The position numbers were made by a program, and so were the translations under genes. The notes under the pieces are model-generated. The model saw only the letters and a program-made list of their open reading frames with translations, ran no database searches and was not told where the DNA came from. Source: Geosiphon pyriformis uo1 (taxonomy: Eukaryota; Fungi; Glomeromycota). Taken from it: a DNA stretch of 64,000 nt. Positions 53,394 through 64,000 of the stretch are shown piece by piece. Where the stretch lies: positions 429,912 through 493,911 of the forward strand of contig JAAOMT010000590.1 of NCBI GenBank assembly GCA_016748015.1, written 5' to 3'. How positions within the stretch are numbered: position 1 is the first letter of the stretch; each line of letters starts with the position of its first letter.

Positions 53394-54070
53394 TCAAGAC
53401 TGAGCTCCATCGAAGTCCAAGTACTGTCTGTAATTTCTAGATAATAATCCAAAATTATTGAAGAAATTTGGTTTGAAAATTGTTGAAATTTCAGTTTTGT
53501 GAGCTTTCCAATATATTGAATCTTCAAAGGTTGTAATATTGGGTTTTGTAGGACGTTTTTACAGGTGTAAACTAGGTCATAAAGTCTAAAAGCAGCTCTG
53601 AGTTTGTAGCAACTGTTTGTCAGTCCAGCTGTTGTTTCAAATTTGTTGTGGAGTTGTTTCTAAATAGCTTCTTTTGTGAAGTTTGCTGCTATAAGCTCCA
53701 GTTTTAGTTTGTGAAGTGTTTTTCCAATGCAAAAATATCTATATATTAGAAAGTATTTGCTGTTTTCTTTGTTAAGACACAGTTGAAGATTTTGTTGAAT
53801 AGTAGCATTTGGTAGAATACTAATAGGAGTGAGCAATAAGTTTTCTCTCAAAGCAAGCTTTAAAAGTTCTGATAGATGAATTCCAGAGTAACTTCTTGTG
53901 TTCTTTTTGTAGAGGTGATACTTCCGTGAATTTGGGGTTAAATTTGTAACTATTTTTGTTTGAATATAATTAATATGTTTTCCTGTGATAGTAATAGATA
54001 ATTTGGGTATTGTTTTTAAAGCTAACATTAATTTTTGAGATAACTGTTGAATATTTTGAGGGATAGTCAT
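53394..54070 (-). pseudogene. Gypsy A accessory ORF3, unknown function
   Basis: Own ATG; readable through one stop and one frameshift up to the PPT; homologous to 58437-59095. Confidence 0.75.
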
Positions 54071-54221
54071 TATAATGAAATTAGAAAAGTAAAATTGAAA
54101 TTATTTTTGGTATGTGAGTTTTTATGTTATTTTTGTTTTTCAGCATGCTTTGTTTTGTTTTTGTTATAAAATTGTTTCTAAATTATAAGAGAATAACTAT
54201 AGTAAAACTGAAATTAAGTGT

Positions 54222-55598
54222 TCAAGTTGGGGGTTGTTTAATGACAACTATTGGTTCTAAGTTTTGGGAAATATCTTCGGGATTGATTAAAGAAGAATGT
54301 GTACCAATTTGTGGAATTAATAGTTCAGGATTGTTTTTGAAATTATAGTGTTTCAAACGATCTCCATGTGCAACTTTTGCTAGGATTTTGTTATCAAGTT
54401 TTAGCTTGTATGATCTGTTGTCTAGGACTTCATGGATAAAGAATAGTCCATCCCATTTATTTTCAAATTTTCCATTCCATTGTTTTTTAGCTTTAGTTCT
54501 GTGTAAGAAAACTTTGTTTCTGATTTTAAGTTCATTGGTGACTGGAGGCAATTTGATGTCATACCATTCTTTTTGTTGAGCTTGGGAGTGTTCAATATGG
54601 GTGGCTGCTATTCGTCGTTTTTCTTCCAATGTGTTAAACAGAGTGTAGGCTTTTCATTGAAGCATTTCCTGGAAATTGTCTTCATCAATTGGTTGTACTA
54701 GATATGTTTCTACTGTGAAACTAATTGGTAATATTGCTGTCCTTCCATAAGTTAAATCAAATGGTGTGTGTTTTGTGGTATCTTGTTTTAGTGTCCTATA
54801 TGCTAGCAACACTGATGGAATAAAGATATCCCATTCTTGCTTAAAATCAGTTGAAACTTTGGCTAATGATTCACACAGTGTCCTATTAAAATGTTCTACA
54901 AGCCCATTTGTTTGTGGATGGTAGGGCAAAAATAATGGTCTTTTGACATTAAATCATTCACAAATTTCTTGAATTAAATTGTTCACAAAATGTGTTTCTT
55001 GATCAGATAAAAGTTCTATTGGGCATTTATGTCTACAAATAATGTTTTCATAGATGAAGTTTGCTACTGATTTCGCATCTGCTCATTGAATGGCTCTGGC
55101 TTTGGACCATTTGGTGAGATAGTCTACAGCTACTGTAATATAACAGTTTTCTTGGTTTGTAATAGGTAGTGGTCTGACTAAATCGATACCAACTTGGTCA
55201 AAAGGCTGTCCAACTTTGATTGGGTTTAAAGGTTCTGTAGGGCAAGTTTCTCCTCTTCTTTGACAACTATTACAAAATTTAATGTATTTATAAATGTCTT
55301 TTCTCATTCGAGGCCAAAAGTAATATTCTAGTGTTTTTTGGGTGGTGCTGTCTTTTCCTAGATGTGTTAATAAAGGATTCGAGTGCATGTTGTATAAAAT
55401 AGTTTTTTTTTCATGTTCTTGTATTAATTTGAGCAGACTGTTTGGGTTTTTGAAGTTTCAATAATAAATAATGTTGTTGTGTAAGAAGTATTGTTTGGTT
55501 TGTTGTTGTAACTAACATTTTTCATCTGGGGACCAATCTGTTAGAATTGTTAATGTCTCCAAATATTGTTTAAGATTGTTGTAATTTTTGGGGTTCAT
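54222..55598 (-). pseudogene. Gypsy A integrase as a stand-alone ORF
   Basis: Starts MNPKNYNNLKQYL 49 nt after the RNase H stop; HHCC, DDE core and GPY/F region; ends LEPIVVIKQPPT*. No chromodomain. Confidence 0.8.
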
Positions 55599-57630
55599 TG
55601 TTTGTTGTTTTGTTGCTGTTAATTCAAATGAGTGTTGGTTCTGTTTTCTAATCCTGTCTTATTCTTGAGAGACAATTAACGTTGGTGTAGAGTTTTCCTG
55701 GTTTGTGATGTACAATGTATTGGTAGTTGGCTAAAAATCTTGTCCATCAGGTTTGTTTTGCATTTAGTTGGGTGTTTTTGTTCTGAAGCCATTTGAGTTC
55801 AATATTATCAGTAATAATATCAAATTCTTTAGGCCTAAGATAAAGGTTGAAGTGGTATAGGGCCCAAATTATGGCTGCTGTTTCTAGTTCTGTGACAGGG
55901 TAGTTTTTCTTGGCTGGTTTTAATGTTCTGCTAACATAAGCAATTACTCGCTCATTTCCATTGTCATCTAATTGTAATAAGATGGCACCAAAGGCAGTAT
56001 AAGAAGTGTCTGTAGCTAGTCGAAATCAGTTACTGAAGTCTGGGTAGGCGAGAATTGGAGCTGTTGTCAGCTTTTCCTTGAGAATTTCAAAAGCTTTTTG
56101 GTGTTTTTCTATTTATTTGTATTTGAAGTTTTTAGTAGTGAGCTGGTTGAGGGGTTTTGCAATTTCTGAGAATTCTTTGATAAATTTTTGGTAATAGAAA
56201 GCTAATCCAATAAATCCTCTCAATTCTGTGATATTTCGTGGAGTCTTGAAGTTCTTGACAATGCTGATTTTTCTGGAGTCTGGTTTAATTTTATCCTTGC
56301 TTACAATGTGGCCAAGAAAAGCCAAACTCGTTTTTCTAAAGTAGCATTTTTCAATGTTCAGTTTCAGTTCTGCTTTCCGTAATCATTGAAAAACTTTTTG
56401 CAGGTGTGTTAAGTGTAATTCAAAAGATGATGAATAAACATTAGTATTATCAAGATAGACAACTACTGATTTCCAAAGGAGGCCTTTGTAAACAACATCT
56501 ATAAGTCTTTGGAATGTTGCTGGTGCATTGCATAATCCGAAAGACATTACGTTGAACTCATAATTTCCTCCTTGAGTAGTGAATGCTGTTTTGGGGTGAT
56601 TTTTGGGATTCATGACAACTTGCCAGTATCCACTCTCTAAATCTAATGTCGAAAAGTATTTGAATTTTCCAAGGGCATCCAACATGTCATCAATTCAGGG
56701 AAGAGGGTAGGCATCTCCAATAGTGATGCTGTTGAGTTGTCAATAATCAACACAAAATCGTATCTTTCTATTTTTTTTTTTAATTAGGACCACAAATGAG
56801 GCCCATGGACTTATTGATGACTGAATAAGCCTATTGTTAAGCATCTGTTGTACTTTTTCTCAAATAAATTGGTGGCTTTCTGGAACAATTCAGTAGGCTT
56901 GTTGTTGCCTTGGTTTGGCATCTCCTGTATAGATTTGGTGTTGAACCAAATTAGTTCTTCCTAAGTCATTGTTGTTTTTGGCAAAGATATCAGCAAATTC
57001 TGCAATTAGCTCTTTGAACTGGTTTTGTTGTTGTGGTTCAAGTTGTTCTATGTTAATTCAAGATAGTTTTTTCATGACAACATGGTAGTTTTCAGAGCTG
57101 GGGTTTGGGTTGATTTTTGGTAGTAAATGTCTAATGATTTCCAAGAAATTGGGAACTGTTTAGAGTAATTCTTGTTGAAAGATGTTATTGTGAATGACTC
57201 CAATTTCTAAGTTATTTAATAAAACTATGGGATAATTATTGGGGTTGTAAAAAGTAACTCAGACTTTCTTTGTTCTTTCTGGAATGTAAATATTTGGGAT
57301 CGAGATATTATGTTCCAAGCAGATTTGTTTGTTGGATTCAAAAATTTGTTGTGTGGTTGTTGGCTTTTCACAAGTGTAAATTTCAGGGTGTTCTCCAAAG
57401 GGTGAAATAGTAATTGGTTGTGGAAGTCATAAAATCTGGTAAGATTCTTTCTGTTCATTAAGAGCTATGTTTACTGGAACTGTGAATCATCCAGTTGAAC
57501 CAAAATCTTGGGTTTTTTTTTCACTTTTTCCTAATTGTTCTCTTTGATTGACTAATTGTAAATCCAAAATGTTGATTAAGGGTAAATAAATGACTTGGGC
57601 AATTTTCTTAGCATGTTCAATCTTAAACAG

Positions 57631-58423
57631 TGTTACAGTTGAATATTTGGAGTCTCAAGTCAAATAACAAATCTGTAACTTGGTGCTCAAAAGCTGTTTC
57701 CATTGATGATATTCTAAAAGTGTTGTATCTGAAGGTTTTGATGGAATCCTTTGTATAATGGACAGAGATTCAATAGTGTGGTGATTTGTTGTTTGTTGTC
57801 AGTTGTTTTCCAATTTCTTTCTCAGCTTGGTGGTCAGATTTATTCTGGCAGTTGTGTCCTTCTGGTAAGCTAACTGATAATATATATAAATCTACCCTTA
57901 TTTCTGGATTTTTTACCAGGCTATCCGTAATGTCAATAACTCAGCACTTTTAATCCTTAATCAATTAGTATGCACAACAAAATCAAAGAAAAAAAGAAAT
58001 AAAATAAAGAAAATAACAATGATGAAAATAAGCCAAGACAATTTGGTAAGTTAGTATCCCATCAATAGCCATGATCAAGAGCTATTGTTCCAGTATAGTT
58101 AAGTATCAATTACTATCAACATAAAGTGTTAATAGTGGAGAGTAGATGGAGATATAAAATAATTATTTATTTGATAATTGGGAACTGGAAGATTGCTTAG
58201 ATCAAATCTAAACTGAGAGGTCTGTCTTTTTAGCTTCTAATCTTGCTGCTATATATACATAATTGAGATTTCTCAATTCCTTGATTCTTTATGACAGGAA
58301 TCCTGGAATTCCTGGAATTCTGTGATTCTTTTGAGAAAAATCCTGGAATTCCACCTTTATTATGCCTACTTCTGATTGGCTAATAATCATGCTAATATAT
58401 TTTTTATATTTTTATAAGTAATA
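57631..58423 (-). repeat. 3' LTR of element B, about 793 bp
   Basis: Termini TGTTAC and GTAATA (mutated CA), with the purine tract AAAGAAAGGAA adjacent on the minus strand. CCTGGAATT repeated three times at 58302-58350. Confidence 0.75.
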
Positions 58424-58436
58424 TTATTCCTTTCTT

Positions 58437-59095
58437 TTAATATTGAGCTCTGTCGAAATCCAACTCGTTTAATTCCCCCTCTTGAAGTATTTCCTGGATT
58501 TTGTTTTCGAGAATTACTTGTGTTATTTGGGTCTGTAATTCTTCAAATTAAGCATTGGTGATCTTTCCCAATTGATTACTGGTAACCATATCCATTGCTT
58601 TGTTGAGTAATATTTCTGGTCTATCCTGAAATGCTGTGTGTATTCAGTATATAGCTTGGGCCTGTGTGAATAAGTTGTTTTTCTCACAAAATGTTCTAAT
58701 TGTTGTAGTATTCTTTTGTCGAATAATCACTTTGTTTTATCCATATATAGATTCTGGATATTTACATGTTGTCCCAAGTAAAAATAACAATAGTTTCATA
58801 GAAATTGTTGTATCCACCAATTTCAAGTTTCTTTATTCAACTCTTGATATAGTGACTCTTTTGTCAACTCTCTTATTGCTAATTTTACTTTCACAATGAT
58901 TTTGTCCACAGTATTTTCAGTTTTTTTTTGTGTTTTGGATTGCAATGTTTTTCTAATATCTTGATATCAAATGGTTTGTTAATTGATTGTAATCTCCATT
59001 TCCTGGTGTTGGATCAATTGAAAGAGTTGTTGTGCTAGTAAGTGAATGTTGTCTGTAATTTTTATTTTTCTGATATTTCCTGTCATGTCTACCAT
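58437..59095 (-). pseudogene. Gypsy B accessory ORF3, unknown function
   Basis: ATG at 59095; readable through several TGA/TAA stops and one frameshift to ...LDFDRAQY*; homologous to ORF3 of element A. Confidence 0.75.
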
Positions 59096-59119
59096 GTCTT
59101 TATATATTCTTTTGATGGA

Positions 59120-60502
59120 TCAATTTGATATGTTGTTGTCAATAATAATGATTGGTTCCAGATCTCATGGAATCTGATCTGGTTGAACTAGTATTCACTG
59201 TACTTCTAATTGTGGAATATTACTGGTGAATAGTGGTATAGTGTTGTGGTATGGTTTCAATTAATCTCCATGTGCTGCTTTGGTTAAAATTTTGTTGTCC
59301 AGTCTTAATTTGTAAGCTCCATTTCCTAGAATTTCTTTTATGTGAAATGGTTTGTCCCATTTGGGGTCAAATTTTCTACTCCATTGTTTTTCTGCTTTGG
59401 TATGATATAAGAGTACTTTGTCTTCAATCTTGAATTCAACTGGTTTGTCTGGTAGTTGATTATCATGTCTTTCTTTCTGTTTCTCTTGTAACTTTTGTAT
59501 GTTATCAGCTGCTCTTTTTCGTTTGTTTTCCAATGTTTCTATTAAGTCATATGTTCTTCTTAACAATGTTTCTTGGAAATTCTCTTCTGTTATTAGTTCA
59601 GTTAGATATGTATTAATCTCTATCTCCACTGGTAATGTTGCTGTTCTATCATATACTAATTCAAATGGTGTTGCTTGTGTAGTGTCTTGCTTCATTGTTT
59701 GATAAGCAAATAGTACTGATGGTATCAACACATCCCAATTGTTCTGGTTTTCTTGGCTGAGCTTAGCTATTGTTTTACACAATGTTCTGTTGAATCTTTC
59801 AACTAATCCGTTGGTTTGTGGATGATATAGTGATAATAGTGGTCTCTTAATTCCGAATCTTTGGCTCAATTCTGTTAATGTTCTGTTCACAAAATAAGTT
59901 CCTTGGTCTGATAATAATTCCTTTGGACATCCATGTTGACAAATTAAATCTTGATAAACAAATTTGGCAACAGATTCTGCATCTGCTTTTTGAATTGCTT
60001 TCATCTCTGGCCATTTAGTGAGATAGTCCATGGCTACTGTTATGTACCTGTTTTCTCCTCTGGTGATTGTTAATGGTCTGACTAGATCAATTCCAATACA
60101 GTCGAATGGTTGTTCTACTTTGATTGGTCTTAATGGTTCACTGGGTTTTGTTTCTCCTCTTTGGTGACAAGCATCACAATTTTGAACATATTGGATAATG
60201 TCTGGATACATTGATGGCCAATAGTATCTTTTTCTGGTTCTTTCCATGGTTGCTTTTTTGTAAAAGTGTTCTGCTGTTGGATTTGAGTGCATGTTGAATA
60301 ATATTGTCTCTTTTTCTGGCTTTGTGATTACTCTGGTTGGTTGTTCTAGATCTCTTCTATTTTTCTGATAAAGTATATTTTGGTGAGTGATAAAATATTT
60401 TGATTGTTGTTTAATACTCTTTCGTTCTGTTTAAGATAAATTCTTCTTGAACTATTGAGTATTTATATAATATAGCAGTTGTTGATATTTTTGTATATTC
60501 AT
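59120..60502 (-). pseudogene. Gypsy B integrase as a stand-alone ORF
   Basis: Starts MNIQKYQQLLYYI 62 nt after the RNase H stop; 343-aa open core; ends LEPIIIIDNNISN*. Confidence 0.82.
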
Positions 60503-62376
60503 CTTTTGTTATATTTTTTGTTGGTATTGTTCTGGTTTTGTTATATTTTTGGGTTGAAATGTTCTTAGATTTGTTTTATTCATGACAAACTGTCAGCATT
60601 TTTGTTGTCTTTTCTTTTTTATACTGTATAGTATAATTATATGGTGCAAGTGCCATTTTCTATCTTGACTGTCTTCCATCTCCAAATTCTTGTTTTTGAA
60701 GTGATGTTAATCTTTTGTGATCTGTGTATACTTCAAACTTCTGGCTCAAGTATTCTTTCCATTTCATAACTGCCCAGTATATTGCTAAGTGTTCTTGTTC
60801 CAATGTTCTATAGTTTTTTTCAGCTGGTATTAAACCTCTACTGGCATATGCTACTGAATATTCTCTGCCATCTGGTCCTCTCTGAGATAGTACTGTTTCC
60901 AATGCTTGGCTGGATGCATCAGTGGTAATGATGAATGGTTTGCTGTGATCTGGATAGATCAGTACTGGAACTTGAATGAGCTTTCTTCTCAGAATATCAA
61001 AAGCTTCTTGTTGACTTTTTGTCCATTTATATTTTGTATTCTTGGTTTGCAGTTGGTTGAGTGACTGAGCTATCTTTGAAAAGTTCTTTATAAAACATCA
61101 ATAATAGCTTGTGAATCCCAAGAATGATTTCAATTCAGTCACATTGGTTGGTACTGGAAAGTTTTTTACTATCTTTATTTTCTCTGGATCTATTTTGATG
61201 CTATCTTTGCTGACTATGTGTTCCAAAAATTTTAGTTCTGTTTTGCTGAAAAAACATTTTGTTGCATTTAACTTTAGTCCTGCTCTTCTTAGTCTTTTGA
61301 ACACTTGTTGAAGATAATGAAGATGATCATCAAATGTTTTTGAGAATACATTGGTGTTGTCCAAGTATACAACTACTGATTTCCACAATAAGCCAGTATA
61401 AACAATTTCTATTAGTCATTGGTTAAGCTGAAAGATATTACTTCAAATTCAAAATTCTCTTCTCTAGTAGTAAATACCGTCTTCTCCTTGTTGGCTGGAT
61501 CTATGGCTACTTGCCAGTAACCACTATCCAAGTCTAATGTTGAGAACTATTTGTTTTCACCAAAAGTGTTGAATAATTTCTGGATTTGTGAAGTTGGGTA
61601 GCTGTCTCCATGAGTTACACTGTTGAGTTTTCTGTAATCCACACAAAACAGATTTTTCTATTCTTCTTACAGACAAGTACTACTGGTAATGACCATGGGC
61701 TCATAGATGGCTGGATTAGCCCATTGTCAAGCATTCGATTAATCTCTTGACAAATGATTTCATGGCTGGCTGGTGGTACTCTGTATGCTCACTGTTTGAT
61801 TGGCATTGCATCTTCAGTCTTGATTTGATGTTGGATGATATCAGTTCTGCCAAATTCGTTTTCACTGGCAAAGATGTCATTGAAATTGTTGAGTAACATC
61901 TTGAGCTGCATATGTTGTAGTGGATCTAAATTTCCCATGTTTATTTGTTCCAATTGTTCTGGTTGAAGCAAATAACATTTATCCTGTTCATAAATTGTTT
62001 GTGATGTGATGTTAATATATCCACAAAGTTGTGGAAAGTCTGGAATAAGGTTTGGTGGTTGGTCTTCTATTTCTGTGGTTAAATATTTGATGGTGGTTCC
62101 TTCTGGTATGTTGATGACTTTGCCAGTGTTGTTGTAGATGGGAATTTTTATGTGGCTATAGCTTTTGGCTGGTATGTAGAGATTGATCAGTCCAATATCT
62201 CCTGATTCACAAAAGTTTGCTTCAGCTTCAAAAATCTGTTCTTGCTTCTTTTCCTTCCTTTCTATTGCTAGCATGTACTGGCTATATGGTGGAATAGAAA
62301 TAGCTTAACCGGCTGAGATAATTTCTCCTTGGCCAACAATTTTTTTTTCTGCCATATTAACTGGTATCTCTATTCT

Positions 62377-62790
62377 ACCCATTGACCCAAATTCCTGTAT
62401 CCCTCTTACTGTTATTCCCAATTCCTTCCTTGTTTCCACTTCTACTAAGCTGGCTATTTTGATTAATGACAGGAATATGGCCTGTGCTATCTTTTCATTT
62501 GGCTCAATTGTATAGGCCTTTTCTGAGTTATTTTGTAGTATGGCACTAATATTTCCTGTATATTTTGCATCTACTATTCTCCCTCTAATATTAATCCCCT
62601 TTTTTGCTAAACTACTCCTAAATGCTAAAAGAACCATAGTTGTTGTTAAAATCTCCAGAGCTATTTTCAAATCAATGCATACTCGTGCATTTGGTTCCAA
62701 TTTGATGGCATCTTTTCCTGGATATCTTAGATCAAACTCTGCATCCATATCATGCACATGTTTTGGCATGATACCTTCACCATTATGACT
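62377..62790 (-). pseudogene. dUTPase domain within Gypsy B pol
   Basis: DAEFDL, RSSLA, GRIVDAKYTG, EKIAQ and RGIQEFGSMG correspond to trimeric dUTPase motifs 1-5, with several Gly residues lost. Confidence 0.9.
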
Positions 62791-64000
62791 AAACCATTTG
62801 AGCTCTTGTTCTTTGGAGAGGTTAGAGAGTGTGATATATTGTTCGCAGTTTGAATTGGGGTTTGAATCTAAATTGGAGTCATTGCCATTTTGAACGGAGC
62901 TGGAACCATTATTCTTGTTGTCGTCGTTGTCGGAATTTGAATCGGGATCGAATGGTAATTCCGACTTTGATGTGCAGCTGCTGATTGGTTCTTCCTCTTC
63001 GGGGATCATGTAGATCATGTGTGGTGGTGGATTGTAAATAAGGTTACAATCATCACAATATTCAAAGTTACTGGGAATTAAACAATGGTGACACAGTCTT
63101 GTATTCAATTGTGCTAGCCATTGTTCTTGCTTTTTTCTAGTGGATATCAAGTTTTGGTAGTGTTTATGGAACTCTTCTGGTTCCAGGAAATTTATAACTG
63201 GCTCTATATTCCAGTCAAGCTCAATAGGTTCTGGTGGATTGTTTTTAATTGTTCTGATTTTTTCTAGTGACAGGCCTTCAATTTTGGCAATTGTCATTTG
63301 CCATAATTCATTGTCATCGTGTGGACAACTGTCCAATCACTGTACAGCTCTTCTCCAAGTGGCTTTTATTGGTGTTTTTTTCTCAATCCAGTCACTGATG
63401 AGGATTATGTATTGGCAGGAAACGTCGCACATTCCTCCTCTCCCAGGAATGTTGTTCTATATTCCTTTGTTAAGGAGAGTTTCTCCACAGGCTAGACATA
63501 ATGTATTATCCCATTTTCCCACTTGTTTTGGTCTTCCAAAACGTTCAATGAGGCATGTGTGACAATAGAACTTGGTTGTCATCTAATATTCTTCGTTGTC
63601 ACCACAGCATGCGCCCATTAACAACAATTTCTTGCCACAATCAATGCATATCAGTTTGGGTCAGTGATAGGTTGATGATTGTTGTTGATCATAGATGTAT
63701 GAGATATAAGTGTTGTTGGCTTAAGTATTTTCTTCCTTCTTCTCTTTCCCTTTTCTTTTTTCTTCTTTCCACTCCCAACTCGATGGTTCTTCTTGTTCGT
63801 TGTTGGTCCAGGTCAAATCATCTGTCTCCCAGGTCAGTTCTTTTTTTTGCTTTCCCTTGGGGTTGTCATTTTACAAAAGTATTGGTGGTAGTTCATTGTA
63901 GTTGGCGTCGGCCCAGGAGACTTGGTAAGCTTCTCAAGTAGGTTTCTTTTTCTTCTTCTCCAGTTTGATCAATAGTTTTTCTTTTGGAGGAGTCTTGAAA

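Larger units (their letters stand above)
52404..57630 (-). mobile_element. Ty3/Gypsy element A, 3' part (dUTPase C-terminus, RT, RNase H, integrase, ORF3, 3' LTR), interrupted by element B
   Basis: KIAQ..FGSTG, FSTLDLESGYWQ, FGLCNAPATFQ, YLDN, TDTS, integrase HHCC region, SDQ, PYHPQTNGLVE; PPT and LTR present. Many stops. Confidence 0.93.
57631..64000 (-). mobile_element. Ty3/Gypsy element B (Cys-rich domain, dUTPase, RT, RNase H, integrase, ORF3, 3' LTR), continuing beyond the window
   Basis: Five dUTPase motifs, LDLDSGYWQ, YLDN, TDAS, YTDH, integrase SDQGT and YHPQTNGLVERFN. Its LTR abuts the broken dUTPase of element A. Confidence 0.94.

Overview
Eukaryotic, AT-rich fungal DNA with many short introns. 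Gene style and transposon content suggest Glomeromycota/Mucoromycota, possibly Geosiphon-like (inference). 1-43 kb is a gene block: YME1 (-), a secreted/anchored Asn-Gly-rich protein (+), FIG4 (+), an AN1-type zinc-finger protein (+), tRNA-Leu(CAA), a CDC10-type septin (+), MER3/HFM1 (-), an SLP1-type SUN protein (-), an orphan secreted protein (-), RBG2/DRG2 (+), ETP1/BRAP2 (+) and LCB2 (-), separated by extremely AT-rich blocks. 45.5-64 kb is a nest of hypermutated retroelements: a full-length LINE with RNase H and two nested Ty3/Gypsy elements. Best leads: (1) a decayed Fanzor2/TnpB-like RNA-guided nuclease gene at 12.0-12.8 kb whose diagnostic motifs the ORF track misses; (2) both Gypsy elements share an unusual layout: dUTPase inside pol, a stop after RNase H, integrase as a separate ORF with its own ATG, and a homologous ~220-aa unknown ORF3 before the PPT; (3) a gradient of RIP-like C>T/G>A erosion turning TEs into AT deserts while short fragments keep CpG; (4) two U12-type introns, in MER3 and RBG2. 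All gene models and alignments were made by eye, so some boundaries are approximate.
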